From: Nitrospirota bacterium
GTDB taxonomy: Bacteria > Nitrospirota > Leptospirillia > Leptospirillales > Leptospirillaceae
Assembly (NCBI GenBank): GCA_021801345.1
Contig: JAJYYA010000022.1
Span: 1,594-65,593 of the forward strand
Direction: 5' to 3'
DNA: 64,000 bases
Position numbers and translations under genes: made by a program. The notes below the pieces were generated by a model. That model searched no databases. It was not told where the DNA came from and saw only the letters and a program-made list of their open reading frames with translations. Within the stretch, counting starts at the first letter, position 1, and the number at the start of each line of letters is the position of its first letter. Below, one piece after another: positions 47,169-56,519 of this stretch.

Positions 47169-47630
47169 TCATCCCGGCATGAAATGAACATAAAGTCGAA
47201 GACAGGCGGCCGCAAGAAGGCCGGCCGCAAGATCGTCGAGCATGATCCCGAAGCCTCCGGGAAGCCGCTCGAGGGCTCCGACCGGGGGGGGCTTCAGGAT
47301 ATCAAAGACGCGAAAAAACACAAAGGCCAGCCCCGCTCCGAGCCAGGAATGGGGCGCGGCCAACAGGGCCACTCCCTGCCCCAGCCATTCGTCCACCACA
47401 ACGACGGAGGGATCCTTGAGGCCCGTCTCCCGGACCGCCTGCTCCGAGGCCAGAAGCCCGGCTACGGCCATGGCGCCCAGGATCGCCAGGGACAGAAAAG
47501 GAGAGAGGGGCGGAAGCATCCTCCAGAGCCCGGCACAGACGGCGCTGGCATAGGTGCCGGGAGCCCCGGGAAGGAGTCCGATCCCGCCGGTCGAGTAGAT
47601 CCAGAACCAGAAGGATCGACGGCTAGACAA
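47169..47630 (-). CDS. pgpA: phosphatidylglycerophosphatase A
   Basis: GIGLLPGAPGTYAS, VVVDEWLG and FRVFDILKPPP. Confidence 0.85.
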   Translation of the reverse strand: MSSRRSFWFWIYSTGGIGLLPGAPGTYASAVCAGLWRMLPPLSPFLSLAILGAMAVAGLLASEQAVRETGLKDPSVVVVDEWLGQGVALLAAPHSWLGAGLAFVFFRVFDILKPPPVGALERLPGGFGIMLDDLAAGLLAAACLRLYVHFMPG

Positions 47631-47636
47631 GGAGGC

Positions 47637-48392
47637 TCACTGCCGCGGAAGGACTCCCATGGACCGGACGTGGCTGTCGAGATCCTCGTAGAAGGAGTCT
47701 CCGAGAAAGAAGCGGATCGTGCCGGCCATCGACTCGTAGAACAGCGGGCCCAGATTGCTTTCATGACACGGAAGATGAGAGAGAAAGGGCGTCGTCTGGA
47801 CCCCAAGAATCTTCCGGCCGTTCTCCTCGTAGATGGCCAGGGGATACTGCACGCAGTCGACGGGCTTGAGCGCCATCCAGGAGAGGTCGTTTGCCAGCGC
47901 ATAGGCGTGGATGGAGCAATGTTCGAGCCCTTCGGGGCTTTTGGCCAAAAACAGGCAGGAGTCGTGATCGGCGCCGCGGACGATGAGATTGCAGCGATAG
48001 TCTTCCTCAAGGGGGAACATCCGGGCCATGGCCGCCACTTCGTCGACGTCGAGCTCGCACCCGTCGGGGCACTGCTCGGAACAGACCGCCTCGAAACCGC
48101 CCCGGCTCTCGTAAATCTTCCGGCGGTCAGGATCCATGAAGGGAAGGATCCCCTCCATGTGCCCCTCGATCCGCGCCCGCTCCCCCGGGGCCAGAATATT
48201 GGAACGGTAACAACAGGTCGAGTGGCAGTTCTGGAGAACCACGTCGCAGGTATAGGTCGTCGTCCAGAACTTCGGGTCGACAAAGACCCCCGAAATCTCG
48301 ACATAGTTCGGACGGGTGCCGGGGAAAGGGACAAACGAGGTCGTCGACATGATGGCTCCGGAAGGGGCTCCGCCTCGGTCGGACGGTCGCAA
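47637..48392 (-). CDS. Cys-rich protein, DUF3109-like
   Basis: The pattern F..T.YTCD...C.STCC...LAPGE...IE resembles the DUF3109 N-terminal Cys cluster. Start is either 48392 or ATG 48350. Confidence 0.45.
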   Translation of the reverse strand: MRPSDRGGAPSGAIMSTTSFVPFPGTRPNYVEISGVFVDPKFWTTTYTCDVVLQNCHSTCCYRSNILAPGERARIEGHMEGILPFMDPDRRKIYESRGGFEAVCSEQCPDGCELDVDEVAAMARMFPLEEDYRCNLIVRGADHDSCLFLAKSPEGLEHCSIHAYALANDLSWMALKPVDCVQYPLAIYEENGRKILGVQTTPFLSHLPCHESNLGPLFYESMAGTIRFFLGDSFYEDLDSHVRSMGVLPRQ

Positions 48393-48526
48393 AAAAAACG
48401 GACGGCCGAAAGAGGCAGGGAAAGCCCGGATATTTTCTTTGGTCGGATGGTCAGTGAATCCCCGAAGAGGGGCAGGATCGAAACGGCCAAGGCGTTTTGC
48501 CCTCCCGCTCCGTTCCTTCTGACTTC

Positions 48527-48554
48527 TTGAAAAAAACCCGTCTTCCAGTATAAT
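48527..48554 (+). promoter_or_regulatory. sigma70-type promoter candidate (TTGAAA-16 nt-TATAAT)
   Basis: Hexamers read directly. It lies about 190 nt upstream of the ATG at 48742. Confidence 0.5.
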
Positions 48555-48741
48555 TCCTTTGACATGATCCGTAAAGCGACCCGGGCGATCCGGGCAACAT
48601 CCGCGCCGTCAGGGCTGTCCGGGTTGTCCCGGGTTGCCCTCTTACCAAAAAATCTTAGGTTTTCCTGGGTGTTTTCGGACGGGAACCTCGACCGTACGCC
48701 CAGGCGGACACCTTTGCTCCCCCCCCCAAACGGAGGACTCC

Positions 48742-49398
48742 ATGCGCGATCTTTTTCACTCTGACCCTTACTTTCTTCGGAAGCTCCGTCCTCTCTCCCT
48801 CTCGCTCGCACTTCTTCTGGGAGGCCCCGGGCTTCTTCCCGGAGGTCACGCCGACACCGCCTGGGCCAGTACCACTCGCCAGAAGGTTCTCTTCGTGACG
48901 GAGAAAGGCTCGACGGAGAAGGTCCTCCCCCTGAACTTCTCTCCAGACCGGCGCCTCCATTACAACAAGTTCTGGATGGACATCACCAGGGAAAAGCCCT
49001 ACGTCGACTCGAAGGGCCGCAGGATTGTCATTCCCGCCACAAAGACCTTTCGCGGAATCCATGAAATCACCGTTCGCTTCTGGCATCCCCGGGGAGAACC
49101 CAACCTTCTCGACGCCATCGTCGTAAAGGCCTACGACAAAAAAGGCCATCTTGTGAAGCACGGAGCCTTCGACCGGGGGGTCTTCGTCATTCTCCTTTCG
49201 AACAGTCTCTTCGGCGGAAATTTTGTTCGCTTCGACGGGATCGGCCATTACGTTCCCGGAGATTCCTCCCTTTACGTAAAGGTGCTGGTACGAAAAACCC
49301 GACAGGTCGCGATCCTTCCCTTCACCGACTTTATCAACGACTTTACCCGCCAGATCAACACACAACCCGTCGTCTCCTGGGCCGTCAAACGCCCATAA
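48742..49398 (+). CDS. secreted hypothetical protein
   Basis: ATG with SD GGAGGA 4-5 nt upstream and a signal peptide LSLSLALLLGGPGLLPGGHA. No family recognised. Confidence 0.55.
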   Translation: MRDLFHSDPYFLRKLRPLSLSLALLLGGPGLLPGGHADTAWASTTRQKVLFVTEKGSTEKVLPLNFSPDRRLHYNKFWMDITREKPYVDSKGRRIVIPATKTFRGIHEITVRFWHPRGEPNLLDAIVVKAYDKKGHLVKHGAFDRGVFVILLSNSLFGGNFVRFDGIGHYVPGDSSLYVKVLVRKTRQVAILPFTDFINDFTRQINTQPVVSWAVKRP

Positions 49399-49442
49399 GC
49401 TTTAACTTCCCGACATCCAAGAATTCTCGGGGATCAGGATTT

Positions 49443-49475
49443 CCGGAGTGGACCCGGGCCCCGAATCCACTCCGG
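49443..49475 (+). terminator. 10-bp perfect hairpin downstream of the 48742 gene (no U-tract)
   Basis: CCGGAGTGGA-13 nt-TCCACTCCGG, followed by GGGGAG. Confidence 0.4.
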
Positions 49476-49542
49476 GGGGAGAGAACAATCCGCCTCTCTC
49501 CTCCTCTTTCAAGTGGCTGCTATAAAACAATAAAAATATTGC

Positions 49543-49570
49543 TTGCAATCCCTGAAAAAACGTGTATATT
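49543..49570 (+). promoter_or_regulatory. sigma70-type promoter candidate (TTGCAA-16 nt-TATATT)
   Basis: Hexamers read directly in an AT-rich patch. It lies about 320 nt upstream of the speH GTG. Confidence 0.5.
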
Positions 49571-49894
49571 CTGACCGATTGTTGACCGGGAACCGCCTCC
49601 GCCACGACAATGGAAGCACGGCGGAATTACGTTCCCGTCCAGCCGGTCGAAACCTCCCGGAAAAGGGACATACGCTGCAATCCGGGCTCTGTCCGGAGAT
49701 CCGATCGGCTTCCCCTGCATCAAAGGAGCTTCGTCGTGACTGCCCCTCAGCCTCTTCGGGCCGGGAACGCCAGAACGGCCTTCCTCCCGGAGAGAAAGGA
49801 ACGCCGTCTTCCATCCATGACCGATCCCGGCCTTTGGCATGTCTGGCCAAAAGGCTTCGGGTTGACCTAACGACCTCACGACAGGGGGTGCCGA

Positions 49895-50374
49895 GTGCAC
49901 GCTTTGGGAACACAGCTTCTCGTCGAACTGAAAGACTGCCAGTCCGACTCCCTTTCCGATCCCGTTTTTGTCAGAAACGCCATGCTTGAAGCCGCCCGGG
50001 CGGCCAAAGCCACTATTGTCGACGACAAGTTTCACCACTTCAGCCCCTTTGGTGTAAGCGGGGTCGTCGTCATCGCCGAATCCCACCTTGCCATCCATAC
50101 CTGGCCAGAATACCGCTATGCCGCGGTCGACGTCTTCACCTGCGGAGAGACCCTCAAGCCCGAGGTGGCAGCGATTCATCTCGCCCACGCCTTCCGCTCA
50201 CAAAATCCGAGCATCCACGAGATCAAGCGGGGCATCATCGGGATCAGCAACGAAAAGATTGCTCACAAGATCGAAGGGGAACCCGGAGAGGTCCTCTCCG
50301 ACGACCGGCCCGACCATCAGGGGAAAGGAATTGAAGCGGATGAGCCAAGCGAGAGCCTCCAAGTGGTATATTGA
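49895..50374 (+). CDS. speH: S-adenosylmethionine decarboxylase proenzyme (class 1, SpeH/SpeD type)
   Basis: GTG start with SD AGGGGG. GVSGVVVIAESHLAIHTWPE contains the self-cleavage Glu-Ser site, followed by VDVFTCG. Confidence 0.88.
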   Translation: MHALGTQLLVELKDCQSDSLSDPVFVRNAMLEAARAAKATIVDDKFHHFSPFGVSGVVVIAESHLAIHTWPEYRYAAVDVFTCGETLKPEVAAIHLAHAFRSQNPSIHEIKRGIIGISNEKIAHKIEGEPGEVLSDDRPDHQGKGIEADEPSESLQVVY

Positions 50375-51260
50375 GTATGCAGCCCCGTCTCTCGGCCACA
50401 TGCACGGGATCGAGGGCATCCTCGTCTCCCGCCAGACCCAGTTCCAGAAGGTCGACATCCTGAAGACAAACGTCTACGGGAAGGCCCTGGCCCTCGACGA
50501 GAAGATGCAGTCGACACAGGAAGACGAGTTCATCTACCACGAAGCCCTGGTCCATCCCGCCATGATCGCCCATCCGGCGCCGCGCTCGGTCTTTATTGTC
50601 GGCGGCGGCGAAGGCGCGACCCTCCGGGAGGCCTTGCGCCATCCGACCGTCGAGCGGGCAGTTATGGTCGACATCGACGACCAGGTGATCTCCCTGTCCA
50701 AAGAGCACCTTCCCGAATGGCATCAGGGAGCCTTCGACGATCCCAGGGCAGAGGTCATCTCAACCGATGCGCGGAAGTACCTCGAGGAGTCGAAGGAGAT
50801 CTTTGACGTCATCATCACCGATCTCTCGGAGCCGGTCGAGGAAGGCCCCGCCTACCTTCTCTACACCCGGGAGTTCTACAGGATCGCGTGCGACCACCTG
50901 TCGCCGGGGGGAACGATCTCCGTTCAGGCCGGCTCCGCCGCACACCCATTTTTGCTGGCCTTTTCCGCCGTCTACCAGACCATGCGGACCGCCTTCCCGA
51001 CCGTTCGAGGATTTTCGGTCAACATCCCTTCCTTCGGCCTTCCCTGGGGCTTCACCCTGGCCTCGAAGGGGGTCGATCCCCTCGCAATGAGCCGCGAGGT
51101 TGTCGACCGCGTTCTGACCGAACGGGGCCTCACCGACCTCCGTTTCTACGATGGCCTCGCCCATCAGGGGATCTTCGGCCTCCCCCGTCACATCCGCAAG
51201 GGTCTCGACAGCGCCAACCTCATCATCGAGGACAACCATCCCATCTTCACCTACCACTAG
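50340..51260 (+). CDS. speE: polyamine aminopropyltransferase (spermidine synthase)
   Basis: The ATG at 50340 overlaps the speH tail by 35 nt. Motifs: LDEKMQSTQEDEFIYHEALVHP, VGGGEGATLRE, MVDID and IITDLSEP. Confidence 0.9.
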   Translation: MSQARASKWYIEYAAPSLGHMHGIEGILVSRQTQFQKVDILKTNVYGKALALDEKMQSTQEDEFIYHEALVHPAMIAHPAPRSVFIVGGGEGATLREALRHPTVERAVMVDIDDQVISLSKEHLPEWHQGAFDDPRAEVISTDARKYLEESKEIFDVIITDLSEPVEEGPAYLLYTREFYRIACDHLSPGGTISVQAGSAAHPFLLAFSAVYQTMRTAFPTVRGFSVNIPSFGLPWGFTLASKGVDPLAMSREVVDRVLTERGLTDLRFYDGLAHQGIFGLPRHIRKGLDSANLIIEDNHPIFTYH

Positions 51261-51276
51261 GCGACCCGACCCCTTC

Positions 51277-52734
51277 ATGGATCAGAGCAAAACCCCTCTT
51301 TTCGACGCGATGGTCTCCCTTGCCGAAAGCCGGAAGGTCTCCTTTCACACTCCCGGCCACAAGAGCGGCAAGGGGATCTCCACGCGATTTCGCAAGTTCG
51401 TCGGCCCCCGCGTCTTTTCCATCGACCTTACCTGTCTCGACGAGGTCGACTCCCTCCAGAAACCCCGGGGGGTGATCAAGGAGTCCCAGGAGCTGGCCGC
51501 CGCCATCTACGGAGCCGATCAGTCCTACTTTCTCGTCAACGGGACCTCCGGAGGCAACCAGGCCATGATTGTGGCCACCCTCGCCCCCGGAGAACCGGTC
51601 CTCGTGACGCGCAACGTCCATAAGTCGGTGATATCGGGCATGATCATGACCGGCTGCCGCCCGATCTTCATCCCCTTTCGCGCGAGCCACAACGCCTCCT
51701 TTCCGCTGAACTACGGAACCGCGGACATTCTTGCAAGCCTGGAGGCTCACCCCGATATTCGGACCCTCTACCTCACCTCCCCCAACTACTACGGAGTGAC
51801 GGTCGACCTCGTGCGCGTAGCGGAGGCCGCACATCAAAGGGGCGTCCGTGTCCTCGTCGACGAGGCCCACGGCCCCCATCTCCATTTTCATCCCGAGCTC
51901 CCCCACTCGGCCATGGCCGCAGGCATCGACCTGGCCGTCCAGTCCACGCACAAGATCATCGGCGGCATGACCCAGGCCTCCATGCTCCACGCCCGCTCCG
52001 AAAGAATCGACATTCCGCGGCTTTCGAGCGTGCTTCGCTACCTGCAGACGACAAGCCCCTCCTATATTCTGATGGCCTCCCTCGACCTCGCCCGCATGCA
52101 GATGGCGACCGAGGGGGTCAAGCTTCTCGGACGCGCCCTCGAGCTTGCCCGGTGGGCGCGGATCCGGATCCGCGAGATCCCGGGACTCAAGTGTGCCAAC
52201 CGGACAGAGATCCAGGCGCTTTCTTCCGGAGAGAACGACCTCGACGAGACCAAGCTGACGATCGATGTCCGGGGGTGGGGAGTGACCGGCTATCAGGTCT
52301 CCCAGCGCCTGAACCTCGAGTTCGGCATCCAAGTCGAGATGGCCGACATCGACCACGTGCTCGTCATCGTCAGTATCGGCGACCATCGGGGAGATCTCGA
52401 GCGACTTGTCTTTGCCCTTCGGGCCCTTTCGACCGAAAACCGTCCCGTCTCGCACAGGCCTCCGGTCCCTTCGATGGTCTTCTTCGACAACCTCCTCAGG
52501 ATGACGCCCCGGGACGCCTTCTTCTCCCCCCACGAAACACTTCCGCTCGAGATCTCCTCCGGCAGGATTGCCGCCGATATCGTCACAGTCTACCCTCCGG
52601 GGGTCCCCCTGCTCCTTCCCGGCGAGGAGATCACGGACACTGTCATCGAAACACTTTCCCGATTCCGGGAGTCGGGCGCCACGATGGATGGCCTCGACAT
52701 GACAAACCGCCTGATCGCCGTGGTTCGGGAGTAG
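51277..52734 (+). CDS. Orn/Lys/Arg decarboxylase family (SpeA-like, PLP-dependent)
   Basis: SFHTPGHKSG, VNGTSGGNQA, and the QSTHKIIGGMTQAS PLP-lysine motif. Substrate cannot be assigned from sequence alone. Confidence 0.8.
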   Translation: MDQSKTPLFDAMVSLAESRKVSFHTPGHKSGKGISTRFRKFVGPRVFSIDLTCLDEVDSLQKPRGVIKESQELAAAIYGADQSYFLVNGTSGGNQAMIVATLAPGEPVLVTRNVHKSVISGMIMTGCRPIFIPFRASHNASFPLNYGTADILASLEAHPDIRTLYLTSPNYYGVTVDLVRVAEAAHQRGVRVLVDEAHGPHLHFHPELPHSAMAAGIDLAVQSTHKIIGGMTQASMLHARSERIDIPRLSSVLRYLQTTSPSYILMASLDLARMQMATEGVKLLGRALELARWARIRIREIPGLKCANRTEIQALSSGENDLDETKLTIDVRGWGVTGYQVSQRLNLEFGIQVEMADIDHVLVIVSIGDHRGDLERLVFALRALSTENRPVSHRPPVPSMVFFDNLLRMTPRDAFFSPHETLPLEISSGRIAADIVTVYPPGVPLLLPGEEITDTVIETLSRFRESGATMDGLDMTNRLIAVVRE

Positions 52735-52837
52735 CCTCCGCTTTCCCCTTTTTCCCCCTGTTGCAGATCCCGCCTTTCGGGGGGACAATAAAAGAACCTT
52801 CCCTTCGCCTTCTCCCTTTTCCGAGGAGCCCTTTTTC

Positions 52838-55585
52838 ATGAAAACCCGATGGCCTCTCGTCTCCCTCGCCCTCGTCACCGCACTTTATTTCGGAGGGCAG
52901 TCCCTTCTCGACCTCTGGGCACGCCTTCTCTGGTATTCCTCAAACCACCAGTCGGCGGTCTATCTCACGCTCCTCTGGATGCGGGGCGACATTCTCGTTG
53001 GGACCTTTCTGCTCTTTTTCCTTCTCCTCTTTCTCTCTCTGCGCCCCCTTCTTCACAGCGCCACAGGGGTGGTCCTCGGACGAAGGGTCCCGGATGGTCC
53101 CGCCCCTCTCGTGCTCGAGGCCCGGACACTCCGACGAATGGCCAACGCAGGGATCCTCGTCCTCTCCTTTCTGCTCGCTCTCCCCTTCTCCGGCACGGGA
53201 AACGCCCTCCGGATTCTTGCCGCCATCAACGCTCCGGCGACTCCCGAGAGCGACCCTATCCTGCACCTTCCGGTAGGATTTTATCTTTTCCATCTTCCCG
53301 TCTATGAGGAGATCGCCTCCCTCCTCCTCGATGCCTTTTTGGTCTCGCTCGTCGTCTCCGCCCTCCTCGGAGCCCTCTCCCGCAAACTCGGAATGATCGA
53401 AAACCGGGTCTTCCTCGACCCCGTCCTGAGGGCTATCCTTCTTCGTCTTCTCTCCGGCCTCTCCGCCGTGCTCTCCCTTCTCGCCCTTCTTGCCCGGACG
53501 AGGACACTTCTCTCCGCCCACCCGGGGTTTTCGGGGGTCTCCTATGTCGATCTTCACGCCAGGATCCCTGCAGCCACACTCCTGGCCGTTCTTCTTGCCC
53601 TTCTTTCCCTGGCGCTCCTCCTCGAAAGCTTTCGAAACCGCGTCATTGTGTCAAAGATCCTCGCTGGGGGGGCAGGGGTCGTTTTTGTCGGAGGATTGAT
53701 CCTTCTTCCCTGGGCTCTCTCCCGCTTCGTAGTCCTCCCCAACCAGTTCAACCAGGAACGCCCCTTTATCACCCACAATATCGACTTCACCCGCAAGGCC
53801 TTCCGGATCGACAAAAGCCGCTCGGAACGGATTGCCACCCTGTCGGACCTCACCACCGACGATCTCCAGGGAAACCTCCCGACCATCCGGAACATCCGGC
53901 TCTGGGACCATCGGCCCATGCTGACGACCGTCCGCCAGCTCCAGCAGATCAGAACATACTACACATTCCCCATTCTGGCGCCGGACCGATACACGCTCGA
54001 CGGAGCCCTGAGACAAGTTTTGGTGGCGCCCCGGGAGATCTCCTACCCGAACCTTCCGAGCCCCAACTGGATCAATGTCCACCTGACCTACACCCATGGT
54101 CACGGGCTCATTATGTCTCCCGTCAATCGGGTCACCCCCGAAGGGCTCCCGGAGTTCTGGCTCCGGAATATCCCGCCCCAGGCCTCCGTTCCCCTCGCCC
54201 TGTCGCACTCCCGGATTTACTATGGGGACCAGCCGGCCCCCTATGTCATCGTCAATACCCGGATCCCCGAGTTCGACTACCCGAAGGGCCGACAGAACAT
54301 CTCCAACCACTACGACGCCACCGGAGGAATCCGGCTCTCTGGCCCCCTCCGCCGACTTCTCTACTCCTACGAGTACGGAACCTTCAAGATCTTCCTCTCG
54401 ACGGCCGTCACCCCCCAAAGCCGCATTCTCGTCCACCGGAACATCTTCGACATCGTTCACCGGCTTGCGCCCTTTCTCGCGCTCGATCCGGACGTGGTAC
54501 CGATCATCGGCCCCGAAGGGAAGCTCCTCTGGATGATGGATGCCTACACCACCTCGAGCGACTATCCCTACTCCACCTCCATTCCGGTCTCGGAGGGATT
54601 CTTCCATCCGGGAAGGATCTTCCGGGGCGGCCACAGAGAGGCTTTGGCCTCCTGGAAAGGGGCGATCAACTACATCCGGAATCCGGTCAAGGTTTTGATC
54701 GATCCGAAGACGGGAGAGGCCCGATTCTATGTGACCGACCCCACAGATCCCCTTCTGGCCGCCTGGCGAAAGAGCTTCCCCACACTCTTTTCCCCCGCCG
54801 CCCAGATGCCGGCGGAGGTCCTGTCACACCTGAGGTTCCCTCCCGCACTCTTCTCCCTCCAGGCCAGCATCCTGGCCGCCTATCACATGACCGACCCTCA
54901 GGTCTTTTTCAACCGGGAAGACCTCTGGTCGATCGCGACCCGGAATGACAGACCGCTCTCTCCCTACTACATGGTCATGCGTCTTCCGGGCGAAAGCCGG
55001 GAAGAGTATGTCATGATGCTCCCCTACACTCCGGCCCATCGCGACAATCTGTCGGCCTGGCTTGTGGGGCGCTCCGACTTGGCCCACCTCGGGGAACTCC
55101 GGATCTACCGCTCACCCAAGGAGCGGCTCGTCTATGGTCCAAACCAGATCGAAGCCAGAATCGACCAGCGGGGACCCATCTCGAAACAACTGACCCTCTG
55201 GAACCAGCAAGGCTCCCATGTAGTGCGAGGAACCCTCCTGATCATCCCCATCGCAAACTCCCTTCTCTACGTGGAGCCCCTCTATCTTGCGGCCACAAGT
55301 CCTGGAGCCCTTCCGGAGCTTCGGCGGGTCATCGTCTCGATGGGAGACCGGGTCGTCATGCGAAAGACTCTCGATCGGGCTCTTGCCGCCCTTTTCTCGG
55401 GCGCCCCTCCTCCCTCCCCAGAAAAGACCGTCTATCCGGCAGGAAGGGGATCGGCCAAGTCGAGGATGTCGCATCTTCAGAAGCTTGGACAGGAGGCGGA
55501 GGAGGCCATGCGCCGCGGAGATCTCTCTCTCTTCGGGGACCGTGTCCAGAAGATTTTGGATCTCCTCAGAGAGGCAAGACACTGA
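52838..55585 (+). CDS. UPF0182 family large membrane protein
   Basis: 915 aa with about 7 N-terminal TM helices and a large extracytoplasmic domain. The segments NIDFTRKAF, RLWD, YYTF and PEFDYP fit the UPF0182/COG1615 pattern. Confidence 0.75.
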   Translation: MKTRWPLVSLALVTALYFGGQSLLDLWARLLWYSSNHQSAVYLTLLWMRGDILVGTFLLFFLLLFLSLRPLLHSATGVVLGRRVPDGPAPLVLEARTLRRMANAGILVLSFLLALPFSGTGNALRILAAINAPATPESDPILHLPVGFYLFHLPVYEEIASLLLDAFLVSLVVSALLGALSRKLGMIENRVFLDPVLRAILLRLLSGLSAVLSLLALLARTRTLLSAHPGFSGVSYVDLHARIPAATLLAVLLALLSLALLLESFRNRVIVSKILAGGAGVVFVGGLILLPWALSRFVVLPNQFNQERPFITHNIDFTRKAFRIDKSRSERIATLSDLTTDDLQGNLPTIRNIRLWDHRPMLTTVRQLQQIRTYYTFPILAPDRYTLDGALRQVLVAPREISYPNLPSPNWINVHLTYTHGHGLIMSPVNRVTPEGLPEFWLRNIPPQASVPLALSHSRIYYGDQPAPYVIVNTRIPEFDYPKGRQNISNHYDATGGIRLSGPLRRLLYSYEYGTFKIFLSTAVTPQSRILVHRNIFDIVHRLAPFLALDPDVVPIIGPEGKLLWMMDAYTTSSDYPYSTSIPVSEGFFHPGRIFRGGHREALASWKGAINYIRNPVKVLIDPKTGEARFYVTDPTDPLLAAWRKSFPTLFSPAAQMPAEVLSHLRFPPALFSLQASILAAYHMTDPQVFFNREDLWSIATRNDRPLSPYYMVMRLPGESREEYVMMLPYTPAHRDNLSAWLVGRSDLAHLGELRIYRSPKERLVYGPNQIEARIDQRGPISKQLTLWNQQGSHVVRGTLLIIPIANSLLYVEPLYLAATSPGALPELRRVIVSMGDRVVMRKTLDRALAALFSGAPPPSPEKTVYPAGRGSAKSRMSHLQKLGQEAEEAMRRGDLSLFGDRVQKILDLLREARH

Positions 55586-55845
55586 CTTGGGAGTAAAATG
55601 CCTAGCTTGGCCGCAAGACAAGGATTACTATGCCAAAAACCCTAATTTAACCGCTTGTTATGGGGGTATGGACAAAAAACATCCGTAAAACGACGGAACT
55701 CAAAAATATGGCATAATCTGGCCAAACAGCCAAGTCATGCTTGTGTTCGTAGCCACTCCTTTTTCGCCAGCTTTCGGATTCCGGTCCTTCTTGGATAATA
55801 GTGACAAGAGTCAAAATGTACTTGATTTTCAATCTTGATTGTGCT

Positions 55846-55903
55846 AAAGGATGACAGTCCTTTATGAAGGACACGTTTTTTTCATTCTGAAGGATAGTCC
55901 TTT
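55846..55903 (+). repeat. two AAGGA..TCCTT inverted repeats plus a half-site upstream of the Panacea gene
   Basis: AAAGGAtgacagTCCTTT (55846-55863), a gAAGGAc half-site (55867-55873), and gAAGGAtagTCCTTT (55889-55903). Confidence 0.85.
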
Positions 55904-55961
55904 CGAGTTTTCCGACCAGATCCGAATGGTCCTGTCGGATCGTATTTAAATGAGAGGAAGT

Positions 55962-56510
55962 ATGATGACTCCCTCCACTATGCCGAATCGTATCCACTTT
56001 GAATTCAAGCCTAATAAAGCACTTGAAGCGATTCTTTATATCAGCAGCAAACTTTATTCTGGGGATGCTGGATTTCACAAAATATCGAAGATCTTTTATT
56101 TTGCAGACAAAATGCATCTTCAGCGTTATGGTCGTTTGATTTGTGGCGACCATTACGTGGCGATGGAGCACGGTCCCGTTCCAAGCAATACTTACGACAT
56201 CATGAAAAAGGTGGTTGCTTACAATTCCACCCTCAAAGATTTAGATTTTGAATCATTCTCAAATGATGGAAAAAAAGTCGTCCCGTCAAGAGAAGCAAAT
56301 ATGGGACTTTTGAGCGAATCTGATATCGAATGTCTTAATGAGTCAATCGAGTTTTGTGGTGAAAAGGACTTTGATACTCTAACAATCATCAGCCATGATA
56401 AGGCTTGGGAATCTGCTGATGTCAATGATTCCATCAGCTTGGAATCCATCATCGCAACTTTGCAAGACCCAGAAATTCTCCTCGAGCACTTAATCGAAAA
56501 CGGTGCTTGA
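55962..56510 (+). CDS. Panacea/SocA (DUF4065) domain protein, antitoxin-like
   Basis: SD AGAGGAAG lies before the ATG at 55962/55965. FHKISKIFYFADKMHLQRYGRLICGDHYVAMEHGPVPSNTYD matches the DUF4065 core (KLxKLLYxAD..HL...G.P....Y.A...GPV....Y). The gene is low in GC. Confidence 0.8.
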   Translation: MMTPSTMPNRIHFEFKPNKALEAILYISSKLYSGDAGFHKISKIFYFADKMHLQRYGRLICGDHYVAMEHGPVPSNTYDIMKKVVAYNSTLKDLDFESFSNDGKKVVPSREANMGLLSESDIECLNESIEFCGEKDFDTLTIISHDKAWESADVNDSISLESIIATLQDPEILLEHLIENGA

Positions 56511-56519
56511 GAAGAAAGT

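Noticed and set aside
49610-49870. 86-aa ORF within the speH leader.
   Set aside because: It has no SD, its composition is Arg/Pro-rich, and it overlaps strong predicted RNA helices. I treat it as non-coding.
55647-56171. 174-aa minus-strand ORF in the low-GC islet, overlapping the start of the Panacea gene.
   Set aside because: Long ORFs arise easily in AT-rich DNA only when stop codons happen to be avoided. The translation has no motif and no SD, and it overlaps a gene with a clear domain signature. I treat it as spurious, although the 55.6-55.95 kb part remains unexplained.
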